46,500 nt of DNA from a virus (taxonomy: Duplodnaviria > Caudoviricetes), in the IMG/VR virus record IMGVR_UViG_3300042342_000302, positions 1 through 46,500 of that record; one strand, written 5' to 3'. The translations under genes and the position numbers were made by a program. Position 1 is the first letter of the stretch, and every line of letters starts with the position of its first letter. Positions 27,906 through 38,294 of the stretch are shown in pieces. The notes beneath the pieces were generated by a model. That model was not told where the DNA came from and did no database searches. It was given only the letters and a program-made list of their open reading frames with translations.

Positions 27906-28813
27906 TTTCTTACGTTGTTATAATTTTGTATAAAATATTCAATAGTTTCTTCTAATCCATCTTGTAATTTAGTGAATTGGTAATCTCCAACTATTGATTT
28001 TAAATGAGAGTTATCAGCATATTTTCTAAGTTGGCCATCTGGTTTAGCGGTATCAAAAACTATTTTATTTTGAAATTTCATGATATCACAAATAGTAGTA
28101 ACCACTTCTGCTATACTCACTTCTTCAGAAGTTGCCATGATTACTGGCTTAATGCCGTTGTAGTTTTCAATCAAAATTTCACTTAATTTGGCCACGTCTT
28201 TGGAAAATATAAATTGTCTTAAACCTTTTCCAGATCCCCAAACTTGTAAGTCTATATTATTAATTTTTGCTAAGTAAGCTTTATGAATTAACGAAGGTAT
28301 TACGTGGCTTGTTTCTAAGTTATAATTATCATTGGGACCATAGATATTACAAGGTATTACTGAAAAATATTCTGTGCCGTATTGTTGATTGTATGCCTTA
28401 ATTTGAATATCATTCGCCCTTTTTGCATGAGCGTATCCGTAGTTAGTTTCATGAGGAGGTCCTAAATGTATTTTTTCTTCTGTAAGAGGCAGTTCTATTG
28501 TTGAAGGAAACACACACGTTGAAGAAAAAGCCAATAGTTTCTTAACGCCAAACTTTCTTGCAGATTCTATAACGTTTGTTCCAATCATTAAATTGTTGTA
28601 GTAATATTCCCCCATCGCTGCCATATTTCCGCCTATGCCACCAACTTTTGCAGCGCAATGTATTATATGAGTAGGTTTGTGATCTTCTACCATTTTATTA
28701 GACTGGTGAGGATCGGTTAAATCGTACTCCTTACCTATTTTAATATCAGCTTTTATTTGGCTGCCTACTAGACCTTTTGCACCTGTAACCATTATTTTTT
28801 TATTACTTTCCAT
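27902..28813 (-). CDS. fcl: GDP-4-keto-6-deoxy-mannose epimerase/reductase (second Fcl paralogue)
   Basis: GAKGLVG, AAKVGGI, SSTCVFP, YAHAK, PCNIYGPNDNY, SHVIP; start re-assigned to MESNKK. Confidence 0.88.
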   Translation of the reverse strand: MESNKKIMVTGAKGLVGSQIKADIKIGKEYDLTDPHQSNKMVEDHKPTHIIHCAAKVGGIGGNMAAMGEYYYNNLMIGTNVIESARKFGVKKLLAFSSTCVFPSTIELPLTEEKIHLGPPHETNYGYAHAKRANDIQIKAYNQQYGTEYFSVIPCNIYGPNDNYNLETSHVIPSLIHKAYLAKINNIDLQVWGSGKGLRQFIFSKDVAKLSEILIENYNGIKPVIMATSEEVSIAEVVTTICDIMKFQNKIVFDTAKPDGQLRKYADNSHLKSIVGDYQFTKLQDGLEETIEYFIQNYNNVRK

Positions 28814-28818
28814 AATTT

Positions 28819-29814
28819 TTATTTTTTCCAAAATGAATAAATGCCTTTGTCTAATTCGTATGAAGGCCAAATGAATCTTTCTCTGTTTGGTTGACGCTGA
28901 GCCCATAACCACATATCATATAATCCTTCTTCTAATGTGGTCTTATGCTTAAAACCAAGAATGTCTTCTGATTTTTGATACGTAGGAATCGAATGTTTTA
29001 CTTCATGTCTCCCTTCTTTGTATTGATACTCTGCTCCGTATTTAATTATGTCTCTTAATACTTTATTAGCATCATTGATACTCCACTCTTCCACTCCTCC
29101 TAAATTGATAATCTCTTTAGACGCTCTTGGTTCTACCGCTGCATTCCATAGCGGTTCAACTATGTCGTCGATACAACTGAATGCTCTTGTTTGTGTGCCG
29201 TCTCCGAAGATTGTCATTGCTTCTCCATTCATATGTTGATACATCCAAATACCCAACACGTTACGATATTTGTCCCATATATTTTGCTTACGACCATATA
29301 CATTGTGTGGTCTGATAATAGTCCAATCCAAACCATGTTGTTCTCCAGCAATTTGAATATCCATCTCGCACGCATACTTCGCAACTCCGTATGGATCTAT
29401 TGGTTTTGGCACTTGAGTTTCATCGAATATACCGCCGTTACCATGTCCGTATACCGCTAAAGTAGAAGTAAAAATTAGTCTCTTCACATCGTACTTAATA
29501 CAATTGTTTACCACTCTTGCTGTTGCTACTAGGTTATTATCGTAGTTGTATCTTCTAATGAATGGACTTAAACCTTCTGCTGCGTAAGCTGCGAAGTGAA
29601 ATACATAGTCAAATTCATTAGTAGCAAAACAATTCTCAATAGGATGTTCTACTAAGTTCATTTGCCAGAAGTTAACTTTTTGGTTTACATTCTCTAAGTA
29701 CCCACCTGATAAATCGTCAATACCAACTACTTCTACTTCTGGTTTATTATCTATAATCCAATCTGCAAGTCTTGAACCTAATAAACCCGCTACTCCTGTT
29801 ATTAATACTTTCAT
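28819..29814 (-). CDS. NAD-dependent nucleotide-sugar epimerase/dehydratase
   Basis: GVAGLLG, DDLSGG, YGVAK, RPHNVYG. Confidence 0.9.
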   Translation of the reverse strand: MKVLITGVAGLLGSRLADWIIDNKPEVEVVGIDDLSGGYLENVNQKVNFWQMNLVEHPIENCFATNEFDYVFHFAAYAAEGLSPFIRRYNYDNNLVATARVVNNCIKYDVKRLIFTSTLAVYGHGNGGIFDETQVPKPIDPYGVAKYACEMDIQIAGEQHGLDWTIIRPHNVYGRKQNIWDKYRNVLGIWMYQHMNGEAMTIFGDGTQTRAFSCIDDIVEPLWNAAVEPRASKEIINLGGVEEWSINDANKVLRDIIKYGAEYQYKEGRHEVKHSIPTYQKSEDILGFKHKTTLEEGLYDMWLWAQRQPNRERFIWPSYELDKGIYSFWKK

Positions 29815-29815
29815 A

Positions 29816-30391
29816 CTATTTAATTATTGATACTTTTCTGTTAAACGTAATTAAACCCGTTCCGTGTAAATGTCCTATTTCAGTTAAATCATATTTGTCT
29901 AATAATATAGAATTCCACCAATTGCCCATACCTCCATTTATATGAATATCGTCGCAGAATAAATAGCCTTGCCACTCTATTCTGTGTAACATATCAGTAA
30001 ACACTTTTTCCTGTATTCCATCGTGTGGATCTATATCCAAATAGATTACTTCTGCTGAGTGAATAATATCTATGGATTCTTGATTTACATCCAATATTTT
30101 TACTTCTATGTTTGCTACGTTATTTAGGTATTTGTTTTCAAATCTATCAGTGATATCGTATGTAATTATATTATTTGTTGGGTTTTGTTTTAGAGCATAA
30201 GCTGACCATCCATAATGAGTACCTGCATCTAATATAGTTACATTATTAAATTGACTTGAAATATAATTAAGTAATTGAAATGCTTCTCCTTTTCTATATA
30301 CCCAATCTAAATTTAATTCTTTTTCAAAATATCCGATGTCTTGTTTTAAAACCTCTGAATAATCTATTTTTAAGATTTGCTCTTTGTTCAT
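29816..30391 (-). CDS. class I SAM-dependent methyltransferase
   Basis: ILDAGTHYGWS, YLDIDPHDG, DDI. Confidence 0.8.
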   Translation of the reverse strand: MNKEQILKIDYSEVLKQDIGYFEKELNLDWVYRKGEAFQLLNYISSQFNNVTILDAGTHYGWSAYALKQNPTNNIITYDITDRFENKYLNNVANIEVKILDVNQESIDIIHSAEVIYLDIDPHDGIQEKVFTDMLHRIEWQGYLFCDDIHINGGMGNWWNSILLDKYDLTEIGHLHGTGLITFNRKVSIIK

Positions 30392-31047
30392 TATAAACTT
30401 TTTTGTGTTACGTGATAATAATAATTGTCTCTTCCATGAAACCCGAATGGTATGTTTCCATAGTTCTCTGCTACCATAGTTTCATGACTAAATTCAGCCG
30501 CCACTTCTATTGGAGCAAACTTACATCCTGCTGATTCGTAAGTTTTTCTATGATGACAACAAAAGAACCCATCTTCGTGATAAAATCCATAATACTGTTT
30601 CCATTCTAAATCTAAATCTTTTGCCACACATAATAACTTTTTACTTCTTAGTGTGAATCCTCCGTTACCCATTCTTTGTATGTTGCCGTCTTGATCCCTA
30701 AAAGAGAAGTCGTCTTGAGGTAGAGGCCATAAAGCTCCTATATAATCGTATTGCATCCACTCTTCTTGCCATTTATCTGGATTAACTACATATCCATCGT
30801 TTTGTACCAATATACAATGCGTTGTGTTAATGTACTCGTGCAATCTATAAACTATAAAGTGGTTATACTGTTCGTAGTTTAAAGGTTCGCATTTGATTAT
30901 CTCTACTACATCGTCTTGTATATCGTCAGGAGTAATTAGGATCGCACGGTCAAACTCTAATTCTCTCATAGAGTACTTGATAGCCTTTAAAGTTTCTGCA
31001 GCTTTAGTGCCTGCTACAGCAGCGATGGTTACGTTATCTAGTTTCAT
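30391..31047 (-). CDS. GT-A-like protein (DUF5672-like)
   Basis: VQNDG, YDYIGALW, GNGGFTLRS, ED, FGFH. Confidence 0.82.
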   Translation of the reverse strand: MKLDNVTIAAVAGTKAAETLKAIKYSMRELEFDRAILITPDDIQDDVVEIIKCEPLNYEQYNHFIVYRLHEYINTTHCILVQNDGYVVNPDKWQEEWMQYDYIGALWPLPQDDFSFRDQDGNIQRMGNGGFTLRSKKLLCVAKDLDLEWKQYYGFYHEDGFFCCHHRKTYESAGCKFAPIEVAAEFSHETMVAENYGNIPFGFHGRDNYYYHVTQKSL

Positions 31048-31750
31048 ATCTTCTTATTACTCTTTGAATTTCTTCTTGTTTTTGTTTTTCTGTCATCATG
31101 TTAGTTGTTCTAACTTTTGCGTTTCTATTTACTGCGCATACTATATCTATAACTACAGGATCTCCGTATAACATGTACAATCTCTTATAGTATTCCACAT
31201 CCACTAGCCAATTTAAAGTCTCATCAAATTTTGGTTTTGTATATTCGTTTCTAATCGTTAATACAGATGGACAACTTATAGTATTAATTCCAGCGTATAT
31301 GCGATCATGATAGTAGGGAGTCATTCTATCATACATAGTTACACAATCATCGGTATGTACACACGCAGTAATGAACCAATCTTTATCTTGATTCTCGGCT
31401 ATACTATCGTATATGATTTGAAGAGAATCAGTGTCGTATAAGAAATCGTCTTGAAATAACATCTTGATAAATAGACCACTTGAATGTTCAATGGCATTAT
31501 TCATATTAGGTGCTATCTTGCCTCTACCGTTAGAATTTCTGAGGTACTTAATATCCATCATTGAACTCCAAGAATTGCATAGGTTCTTTATGTCATCGTC
31601 CTCGCTATGATCTGATATAACTACTTCGTAATCTGTGAAGCTCTGTTGCGCTAATATGTTAAATGAGTGTTCTAAGTATTCAACTCCTTTACCTTGAATT
31701 CCCCATGTGGGGATAGCAACACTAAAAAAAGGTATTACGCTTTTATCCAT
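31034..31750 (-). CDS. glycosyltransferase family 2
   Basis: SVAIPT, ISDHS, LFQDD, LVDVEYY; start re-assigned to MDKSV. Confidence 0.88.
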   Translation of the reverse strand: MDKSVIPFFSVAIPTWGIQGKGVEYLEHSFNILAQQSFTDYEVVISDHSEDDDIKNLCNSWSSMMDIKYLRNSNGRGKIAPNMNNAIEHSSGLFIKMLFQDDFLYDTDSLQIIYDSIAENQDKDWFITACVHTDDCVTMYDRMTPYYHDRIYAGINTISCPSVLTIRNEYTKPKFDETLNWLVDVEYYKRLYMLYGDPVVIDIVCAVNRNAKVRTTNMMTEKQKQEEIQRVIRRYETR

Positions 31751-32583
31751 GATTGAGGGTATAAATCTTTTGTATCGTGAACTCCGTTGTATGCAGGTCC
31801 GAACCATTTCTTTGGAGCTATAACTTTCTTATTAGGATTTTGGTTTAACCATGCACCCCACCAACTAAAACTGCTATTAGCTATTACGTTGTGATGGCAC
31901 ATACTCATCATACACATATCTACATCAGGATCGTTTCCTTCCATGTAAACAATGTTCTCTTGATCTCCAAATAATTCTTTTGCATATTCTATATCGTCAG
32001 AGAATATTAAGAAACAATAGTTACCATCCATAAAATGGGTCATAGCATTGAAGTAGTAGTCAGCATCCATTACGGGGTGAAACTGTTGAAGACCTGCGTA
32101 ATCTCCTTTTCTTAAATGTACTGATACGAATTCTAAATGCATCGGTACAAATGGAGGCAATTTTGGAAATAAGGACTTAGCTTTAGTTTTTGTTTCTGAA
32201 TTGAATTCAAAGAATTCTCGTATTGTTTCGCTACAATGTTCAAAGTACTTCTCTGTTTGAAAGTAACCCATTAGATTTGTTTGATCTGGCACTTTAAATA
32301 GATCTTGACAGAAGTGGAAGTGTGGTTCTTGTGCTACGTGTAATGTTATTATCTCTGATTGTGGTTTCAATGTCAACTTAACATTTTCAAAATACTTAGG
32401 CAAATCAAAGTATACTTCTCTTCTAACTCCGTCTTTAAAGTCTTCAACGCTTGGTATTTCTGTGTTCTCTATAGGAAATGCTACGCTGTGTCCAACTTTA
32501 TTAGCAACACCTACGGTGGAAGCAAATTGAAACATTTGATTTCCCAGACGCCCGTGATGTCCTATCTTATTATAACTTATCAT
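31735..32583 (-). CDS. alpha-1,2-fucosyltransferase-like, GT11
   Basis: GRLGNQMFQ, GYFQ, HLRKGDY, FSDD, ANSSFSWWGAWL. Confidence 0.92.
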   Translation of the reverse strand: MISYNKIGHHGRLGNQMFQFASTVGVANKVGHSVAFPIENTEIPSVEDFKDGVRREVYFDLPKYFENVKLTLKPQSEIITLHVAQEPHFHFCQDLFKVPDQTNLMGYFQTEKYFEHCSETIREFFEFNSETKTKAKSLFPKLPPFVPMHLEFVSVHLRKGDYAGLQQFHPVMDADYYFNAMTHFMDGNYCFLIFSDDIEYAKELFGDQENIVYMEGNDPDVDMCMMSMCHHNVIANSSFSWWGAWLNQNPNKKVIAPKKWFGPAYNGVHDTKDLYPQSWIKA

Positions 32584-33395
32584 ATCATTTGTTTAACTGC
32601 TTCGTAAACTCCTATAGATGGGAAAAATCCTAATGATCCCAATTTACTTGAATCCAAATACATGGACTCCACTTGTACTATCTTATGAAAGTCTGATGCT
32701 TCCATTGTTCCTATGTTACTATTAGATCCGATTTCTTGTTTTGCGTAAGCAATAATATCTTTGAATAGCGTTGGTTTTCTTGCAGATCCTAAATTGTATA
32801 TCTCTCCGCTTTCTCCACGATCCATAACGAACTTAATACCTGCAACTACATCATCAACGTGTACGAAGTCTCTATAGAATTCTCCATTGTTGTACAAGTT
32901 GATATCTCTATTGGCCTTCAATTCGTCTATTAAAAATTGCAATGCGTTCTTTTTCTTTGAAGCTTTACCATCTCCTTTACCTATTACATTTCCAAGTCTT
33001 ACGATCTTATACTTAATATTGAAAGTCTTACAATACGATTCTATTAATTGTTCTGCTGCTAACTTAGTTATAGAATAGAATCCCTTTGGTTTACAAGGAG
33101 ATGATTCTCTAGCTGGTAAGTGAGTATCACCGTACACAAACCACGAACTGATGAATGTAAACTCTATGTCTTTTCCTTTACAGTTGTCCAATACTTTCAT
33201 TAGATGTATTAGATTTGTTTCTATGTCTACGAAAGGATTTTCTAATACGTTGTAGTTATCTACAGTGCTAATCAAATACAGTACTCTATTAGATCGAGGT
33301 TGTACTTCTTCTCTTGGTATTACTACTGAATCTTCTTTGTATTTTTTATGGAATTTTGATCCTATAAATCCAGTTCCTCCGAATATTGATATCAT
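32580..33395 (-). CDS. NAD-dependent epimerase/reductase (SDR)
   Basis: GGTGFIG, SSWFVYG, YSITK. Confidence 0.88.
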   Translation of the reverse strand: MISIFGGTGFIGSKFHKKYKEDSVVIPREEVQPRSNRVLYLISTVDNYNVLENPFVDIETNLIHLMKVLDNCKGKDIEFTFISSWFVYGDTHLPARESSPCKPKGFYSITKLAAEQLIESYCKTFNIKYKIVRLGNVIGKGDGKASKKKNALQFLIDELKANRDINLYNNGEFYRDFVHVDDVVAGIKFVMDRGESGEIYNLGSARKPTLFKDIIAYAKQEIGSNSNIGTMEASDFHKIVQVESMYLDSSKLGSLGFFPSIGVYEAVKQMI

Positions 33396-34681
33396 TATTT
33401 AAACTTTTTTATTACTTCTTCAATGTATGCAAACACTTGGTCTGTATAGTGAGGCGCTGCACCAATAAAGAATACTTTGTCTAATACTTTGTTTGCTTCT
33501 GGATAATTCTTATAATCGTCCAAGAATGCATAGCCTGGATGCATTAAGATATTTCCTGCAAAATAGTTTCTTGTTTGAATCTTATTCTCTTCTAAGAATG
33601 CGACTAATCTGTGTTTTAGTCCGTCTTCGTCGCATATAAATGGAGTACCGAACCAACAAGGATCTGCTTGTTCTAATTTAGATGGCGATCTTAAATTTGG
33701 AATGTTGTCTGTAAATATCTTTGTTAGTCTTGCTTTAGCCGATCTTCTCTTTGCTTCCATCTCGTCTAACTTAATTAGCTGTTCTAATCCTATTGCGCCT
33801 TGTAAATCCAATGGTTTTAAGTTATAACCCATTTGAGAGAATACATACTTGTGATCGATAACACCATCGTAATTATCTAACCACTTATCAAATCTATTAC
33901 CGCATGTACCACAAGGCAATAAGTTAGCAGATCCAATGCAATAACAATCTCTACCCCACCAACTAATGCTAACGAATAGTTTCTTTAACTCATCATCGTT
34001 AGTACAAATCATACCGCCTTCACCTGTTGAGATGTGATGCGCTGGGTAAAATGAATTAGAGAATGCAACGTAGTATTCACTTAAGAACTTACCGTTCCAC
34101 TTAGAACCCAAACTATCACAGTTATCTCCAATCAATTTTAAATTGTACTTCTCAGCCAGTGCAATCAATCTATCCATATCTGGAGGATTACCCAATACCG
34201 GAGATATGAAGATGCCTTTTGTTTTGTCTGTTATCTTGGCTTCTACTTGATCTAAGTCAAAGTTAAGTGTATCCCATTCTATATCAACGAATACAGGTTT
34301 TAATCTGTGTTGGTATAACACTGATACTGTAGTAGCAAATCCAACAGGAGATACAATGATTTCGTCATCGTCTTCCCAATTGAATCTCTTCTTTAACGCA
34401 GCAATCAATACCAAGTTAGCAGAGCTACCTGAATTTACCATGTGCGAGTGCTTAACATTGAATCTCTTACTGAATTGGTTTTCAAACTTGTAAACCTTTT
34501 CACCTGTAGTAATCCATTTACCGTTTAAGAAACTTTCTATTGCAGCTTCGGTCTCTTTATTATCCCAATAAGGACCTGAGTAGTAGATTGGTGTTTTGCC
34601 TGGCGTAAAGTTCTTAGCATTGTAAATGTAAGGAGCTACGTGGTTACCAACTAACTCTTGTATGTTTTCTAATTTAATCAT
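33395..34681 (-). CDS. rfbH: NDP-4-keto-6-deoxyhexose 3-dehydratase, RfbH/DdhC (E1)-like, DegT family
   Basis: NSGSSANL, DNCD, SFYPAHH (His in place of the PLP Lys), GRDCYC...C..C; start re-assigned to MIKLEN. Confidence 0.85.
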   Translation of the reverse strand: MIKLENIQELVGNHVAPYIYNAKNFTPGKTPIYYSGPYWDNKETEAAIESFLNGKWITTGEKVYKFENQFSKRFNVKHSHMVNSGSSANLVLIAALKKRFNWEDDDEIIVSPVGFATTVSVLYQHRLKPVFVDIEWDTLNFDLDQVEAKITDKTKGIFISPVLGNPPDMDRLIALAEKYNLKLIGDNCDSLGSKWNGKFLSEYYVAFSNSFYPAHHISTGEGGMICTNDDELKKLFVSISWWGRDCYCIGSANLLPCGTCGNRFDKWLDNYDGVIDHKYVFSQMGYNLKPLDLQGAIGLEQLIKLDEMEAKRRSAKARLTKIFTDNIPNLRSPSKLEQADPCWFGTPFICDEDGLKHRLVAFLEENKIQTRNYFAGNILMHPGYAFLDDYKNYPEANKVLDKVFFIGAAPHYTDQVFAYIEEVIKKFK

Positions 34682-35352
34682 TTTATGTTTGGGTTGAATA
34701 TATAACATTCTAATCTTTCTATCATCCAAGGCGCTGATGCATCTTCTAATAGAAAATCGCATACTTTTTTATAAAATTCTTTTGATCTTAATTGTGCGTG
34801 TTGTTTTGTAATTCCGAAATGACCACCTGGCATGAATTCGTATTCTGTTGGAGGAGGCGCTTGTTCGAAGAACATACTCCAATACCTATCCACATCTATA
34901 TCAGGATTAGAGTCTTGTGGTGCTCCATTACTTTGGCAAATTAATACTCGCCCTTCTCCATGTTGTTTAGACTGACTTAGTCCCCACATTGTGCCGCCTA
35001 GCGGAGATGGGACTGTTATAGTATTGAAATGAAATCCGTAATAACCCCCTATTTTTAATTGACATCTTGATTCTTCTGTTCCGCTATTTACGACTTCTAT
35101 AATATCTTCCCAATGATCGAAAGGCCAATCTTGACCGAAGAATGTAATATCTGACAGATTATCGTAATTCGTGTATATGTGATTAAAGAAAGTGTGTACG
35201 CACCTTCCTTTGTTTGGTTCTAATTTAATCTCGTCTTCTCTTTGTTTTGCTTCATCTCCTTTTCTATATACAGTTACTTTAACATCTGCGTTGAGTTTAT
35301 CTAACCAATCTAAGTACTTATCGTATGCTGCTACAACTAATTCTCTTGTCAT
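34678..35352 (-). CDS. DUF3431-like putative glycosyltransferase
   Basis: LVVAAY, PNKGR..HT, YDNL.D, PFDH, ERL. Confidence 0.75.
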   Translation of the reverse strand: MTRELVVAAYDKYLDWLDKLNADVKVTVYRKGDEAKQREDEIKLEPNKGRCVHTFFNHIYTNYDNLSDITFFGQDWPFDHWEDIIEVVNSGTEESRCQLKIGGYYGFHFNTITVPSPLGGTMWGLSQSKQHGEGRVLICQSNGAPQDSNPDIDVDRYWSMFFEQAPPPTEYEFMPGGHFGITKQHAQLRSKEFYKKVCDFLLEDASAPWMIERLECYIFNPNIK

Positions 35353-36251
35353 TACTTTCTAACTTTTGGATAATTTAATATAAACCATTCTATCGATTCT
35401 TTTAAACCTTTCTCCAAAGTGGTGAATTCATATTCTCCAATGATACTCAAAAGTTTGGCGTTTGAAGATGGTTTTCTGTGTTGACCATTTGGTTTGTCTG
35501 TCAACCACTTTACTTTCCCTTTGAAGCCCATGTACTCCACAATCAGATCAACTACTTGCTTAATAGAATACTCAGTTGGATTTGATATGATCACTGGTTC
35601 AGTCCCTGTGTATTTCTGGATAAGTAGATCTACTATGTTCGCTACGTCTTTTGAATAGACAAACTCTCTAAGTGGAGTACCATCACCCCATACTTCAAAA
35701 GTCTTTCTATTCTTTTTGGCAAGATAACACTTGTGAATTAACATTGGAATTACGTGACCTACTTCTAAGCTATAGTTATCGTTTGGTCCGTATACATTAC
35801 AAGGAATCACTGAAAAGTATTGTGTACCGTATTGTTGGTTAAACGCTCTAATCTGTACGTCAGCCATTCTCTTAGCGTAAGCGTAAGCGAAGTTAGATGG
35901 GTGTGGAGGACCTAATTCTATTTTAGTTTCGTCTAATGGATATTCCACGTTACCTGGAAATACGCACGTTGATAAAAATGAAACTAACTTTGGTATCTTT
36001 AACTCTTGACAAGCTTGAATCACATTAGTATTCATTCTAATATTGTCCATAAAAAAATCAGCAGGAAATTGCATGTTAGCCCCGACTCCGCCGACTTTTG
36101 CTGCGCAATGTACTACCACATCTGGCTTGTACATTGATATTGCGAATTTAGCTTTATCGTAATCTCTTAAATCTCTCTTAGAACTTAATTTAACTCCTTG
36201 ATTGAAAGCAGATCCTATTAATCCAGTTCCTCCAGTAATTACTTTTGTCAT
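35352..36251 (-). CDS. fcl: GDP-L-fucose synthase
   Basis: GGTGLIG, AAKVGG, STCVFP, YAYAK, GHVIP, WGDGTPLREF. Confidence 0.92.
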   Translation of the reverse strand: MTKVITGGTGLIGSAFNQGVKLSSKRDLRDYDKAKFAISMYKPDVVVHCAAKVGGVGANMQFPADFFMDNIRMNTNVIQACQELKIPKLVSFLSTCVFPGNVEYPLDETKIELGPPHPSNFAYAYAKRMADVQIRAFNQQYGTQYFSVIPCNVYGPNDNYSLEVGHVIPMLIHKCYLAKKNRKTFEVWGDGTPLREFVYSKDVANIVDLLIQKYTGTEPVIISNPTEYSIKQVVDLIVEYMGFKGKVKWLTDKPNGQHRKPSSNAKLLSIIGEYEFTTLEKGLKESIEWFILNYPKVRK

Positions 36252-37234
36252 TAGAATACTCTATTTAATTCTTTTAACCAATATGAAATCATTTCATCCA
36301 ACATTGTTTCAAATGTATAAGTGGGTTTCCAACCAGTAGCTTTCATTAATTTGCTAGGATCTCCTTTTAAATCTGTTAACTCTTCTGGTCTTAGAAACTT
36401 CATGTCTAACTTTACATAGTCTTCGTAGTTCAATTCTAGCTTATTAAAAACATACTCGCACAACTGTCTAACCGAATGCGAAGTACCAGTAGCGCAAACA
36501 AAATCGTCGGCATCTTCTAATTGTAATATTCTCCACATAGCTTCTACATAATCTTTAGCATGACCCCAATCTCTTGTTGCTTCTAAGTTACCCAATCTCA
36601 ATTCTGTTGATTGACCGTAGAATATCTTAACAGCTTCTTTAACTACTTTATTTGTTACGAAGTTAGTACCCCTTCTTGGTGATTCGTGGTTAAATAGAAT
36701 TCCATTAGATACGAACATACCATAAGAGTTTCTATAATTTCTTGTTATGTTGTATCCAAATACTTTAGCGCAACCGTAAGGAGATACTGGATTCATCGGT
36801 GTGGTCTCTCTTTGAAATCTATCTTCGTCTATAGAGTTTCCAAACATTTCCGAAGAAGAGGCTTGATATATCTTTGCATTCTTACACATAGATAGAGTAG
36901 CTTCCAATAAATTAAGAGTTCCAATTGCCACTGTGTTTGCCGTGTATACTGGTTGATCGAAAGAGATTCTTACATGCGATTGAGCCGCTAAGTTGTATAT
37001 CTCGTCTGGTTGTACTTTGCTTAGCACTCTATTAAGAGAGGCTAGATCGGTCATATCAGCGTAAGTCAAATTATCTTTGATCTGATCGTATACTTTGATT
37101 CTCGCTGTTTGATTTTCAGCTACAGAGTTTCTCTTCAGAGTGCCGTGTACTTCGTAACCTTTATCTAATAGTAACTCTGCTAAGTATGATCCGTCTTGAC
37201 CGTTAATTCCAGTAATTAATGCTACTTTACTCAT
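36251..37234 (-). CDS. gmd: GDP-mannose 4,6-dehydratase
   Basis: ITGINGQDGSYL, AAQSHV, ASSSE, YGCAK, FNHESPRRG, RDWGHAKDY. Confidence 0.96.
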   Translation of the reverse strand: MSKVALITGINGQDGSYLAELLLDKGYEVHGTLKRNSVAENQTARIKVYDQIKDNLTYADMTDLASLNRVLSKVQPDEIYNLAAQSHVRISFDQPVYTANTVAIGTLNLLEATLSMCKNAKIYQASSSEMFGNSIDEDRFQRETTPMNPVSPYGCAKVFGYNITRNYRNSYGMFVSNGILFNHESPRRGTNFVTNKVVKEAVKIFYGQSTELRLGNLEATRDWGHAKDYVEAMWRILQLEDADDFVCATGTSHSVRQLCEYVFNKLELNYEDYVKLDMKFLRPEELTDLKGDPSKLMKATGWKPTYTFETMLDEMISYWLKELNRVF

Positions 37235-37842
37235 ATAGTGTTGTATAAAGAATTTTGTTTTACTTGTCTGTCAATATCTTTAGGATGGTACAAAGCCCAG
37301 TCTTCAAATTCAGCAGGAAATATAGATGAGGTTTTCCAACCTTCCAATCTTTCGTGAACTTTACCGACCCATTGAATTGACTCGATGTTCTTACATATTC
37401 TTGTTTGATAATCAGGCCAATTAACTCGGCCTTTTTCGTCTACTCTCCAATGCCATGTTTTGATGTGTTCTTCAGTAAGACCTTTAACAGTGTTTACTCT
37501 AGGAACTCCATAACATTCTACATTACTATTCGCTTCTAATACCTCTTTAATTAATTTTAATAGGTGCTCAGAAAGGTATTCGTCCGCATCAATAAAAAAG
37601 ATGTAGTCTCCTGTACAATTTTTCTTTAGATTATTTTTAAAAGCGGCAAAGTCTTTGTTAAGAGGAAATGTGATCGACTTTACAGGATATGCATCTACAA
37701 CAAACTTTACTTTGTCTGTAGCGGTGTCGTCTAACTGAATAATGATCTCATCTTCGCCTTGCTTACCTTGTGTAAGTTGCTTTAATAGCCTGTTTAATTC
37801 CTCTGCTTCGTTGTGAGCGGTGATTGCGTAACTTATTTTCAT
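37231..37842 (-). CDS. glycosyltransferase family 2 (beta-glucosyltransferase-like)
   Basis: IDADE, PRVN, WPDYQTR, VHERL. Confidence 0.88.
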   Translation of the reverse strand: MKISYAITAHNEAEELNRLLKQLTQGKQGEDEIIIQLDDTATDKVKFVVDAYPVKSITFPLNKDFAAFKNNLKKNCTGDYIFFIDADEYLSEHLLKLIKEVLEANSNVECYGVPRVNTVKGLTEEHIKTWHWRVDEKGRVNWPDYQTRICKNIESIQWVGKVHERLEGWKTSSIFPAEFEDWALYHPKDIDRQVKQNSLYNTI

Positions 37843-37847
37843 ATTCT

Positions 37848-38294
37848 TTATTTTATTTCAAATAACCCAATATAATCGCAAGAGTCAAAGAAGTCGCTTC
37901 CGAATCCTTTTAGACTAGCTGAATCTGATTTGTGGGTTTTGCCTTTGAATTTTGGAGTCTCTTTCTCTTCTTCTGTCAATTCAATAGATTTGATTGCACT
38001 CCACTCCCAATCTTCAGCGCTACTTCCATTTGCGAATACTGTGCCTTGATTTTCTATATTAATTACTTGAGGATACCACACTCGTTTATCTTCATCTACG
38101 TATTTGATATCTTTGTATAATTCTGGAAATTCGGCTTCGTATTGTTCGAAATCAAATTCTCCCTCTCTCATTAAATCGCTCGTAGTAAATCCACAGCTAA
38201 AGCATGCATATACATTATGAAACTCATTGATAGGCGTAACATAACAAGCATCTTCTGCTTTACACTTTGGACATATTGTTAATTGATCAGTCAT
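37848..38294 (-). CDS. zinc-ribbon protein
   Basis: CPKC...C...CFSCG. Confidence 0.8.
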   Translation of the reverse strand: MTDQLTICPKCKAEDACYVTPINEFHNVYACFSCGFTTSDLMREGEFDFEQYEAEFPELYKDIKYVDEDKRVWYPQVINIENQGTVFANGSSAEDWEWSAIKSIELTEEEKETPKFKGKTHKSDSASLKGFGSDFFDSCDYIGLFEIK

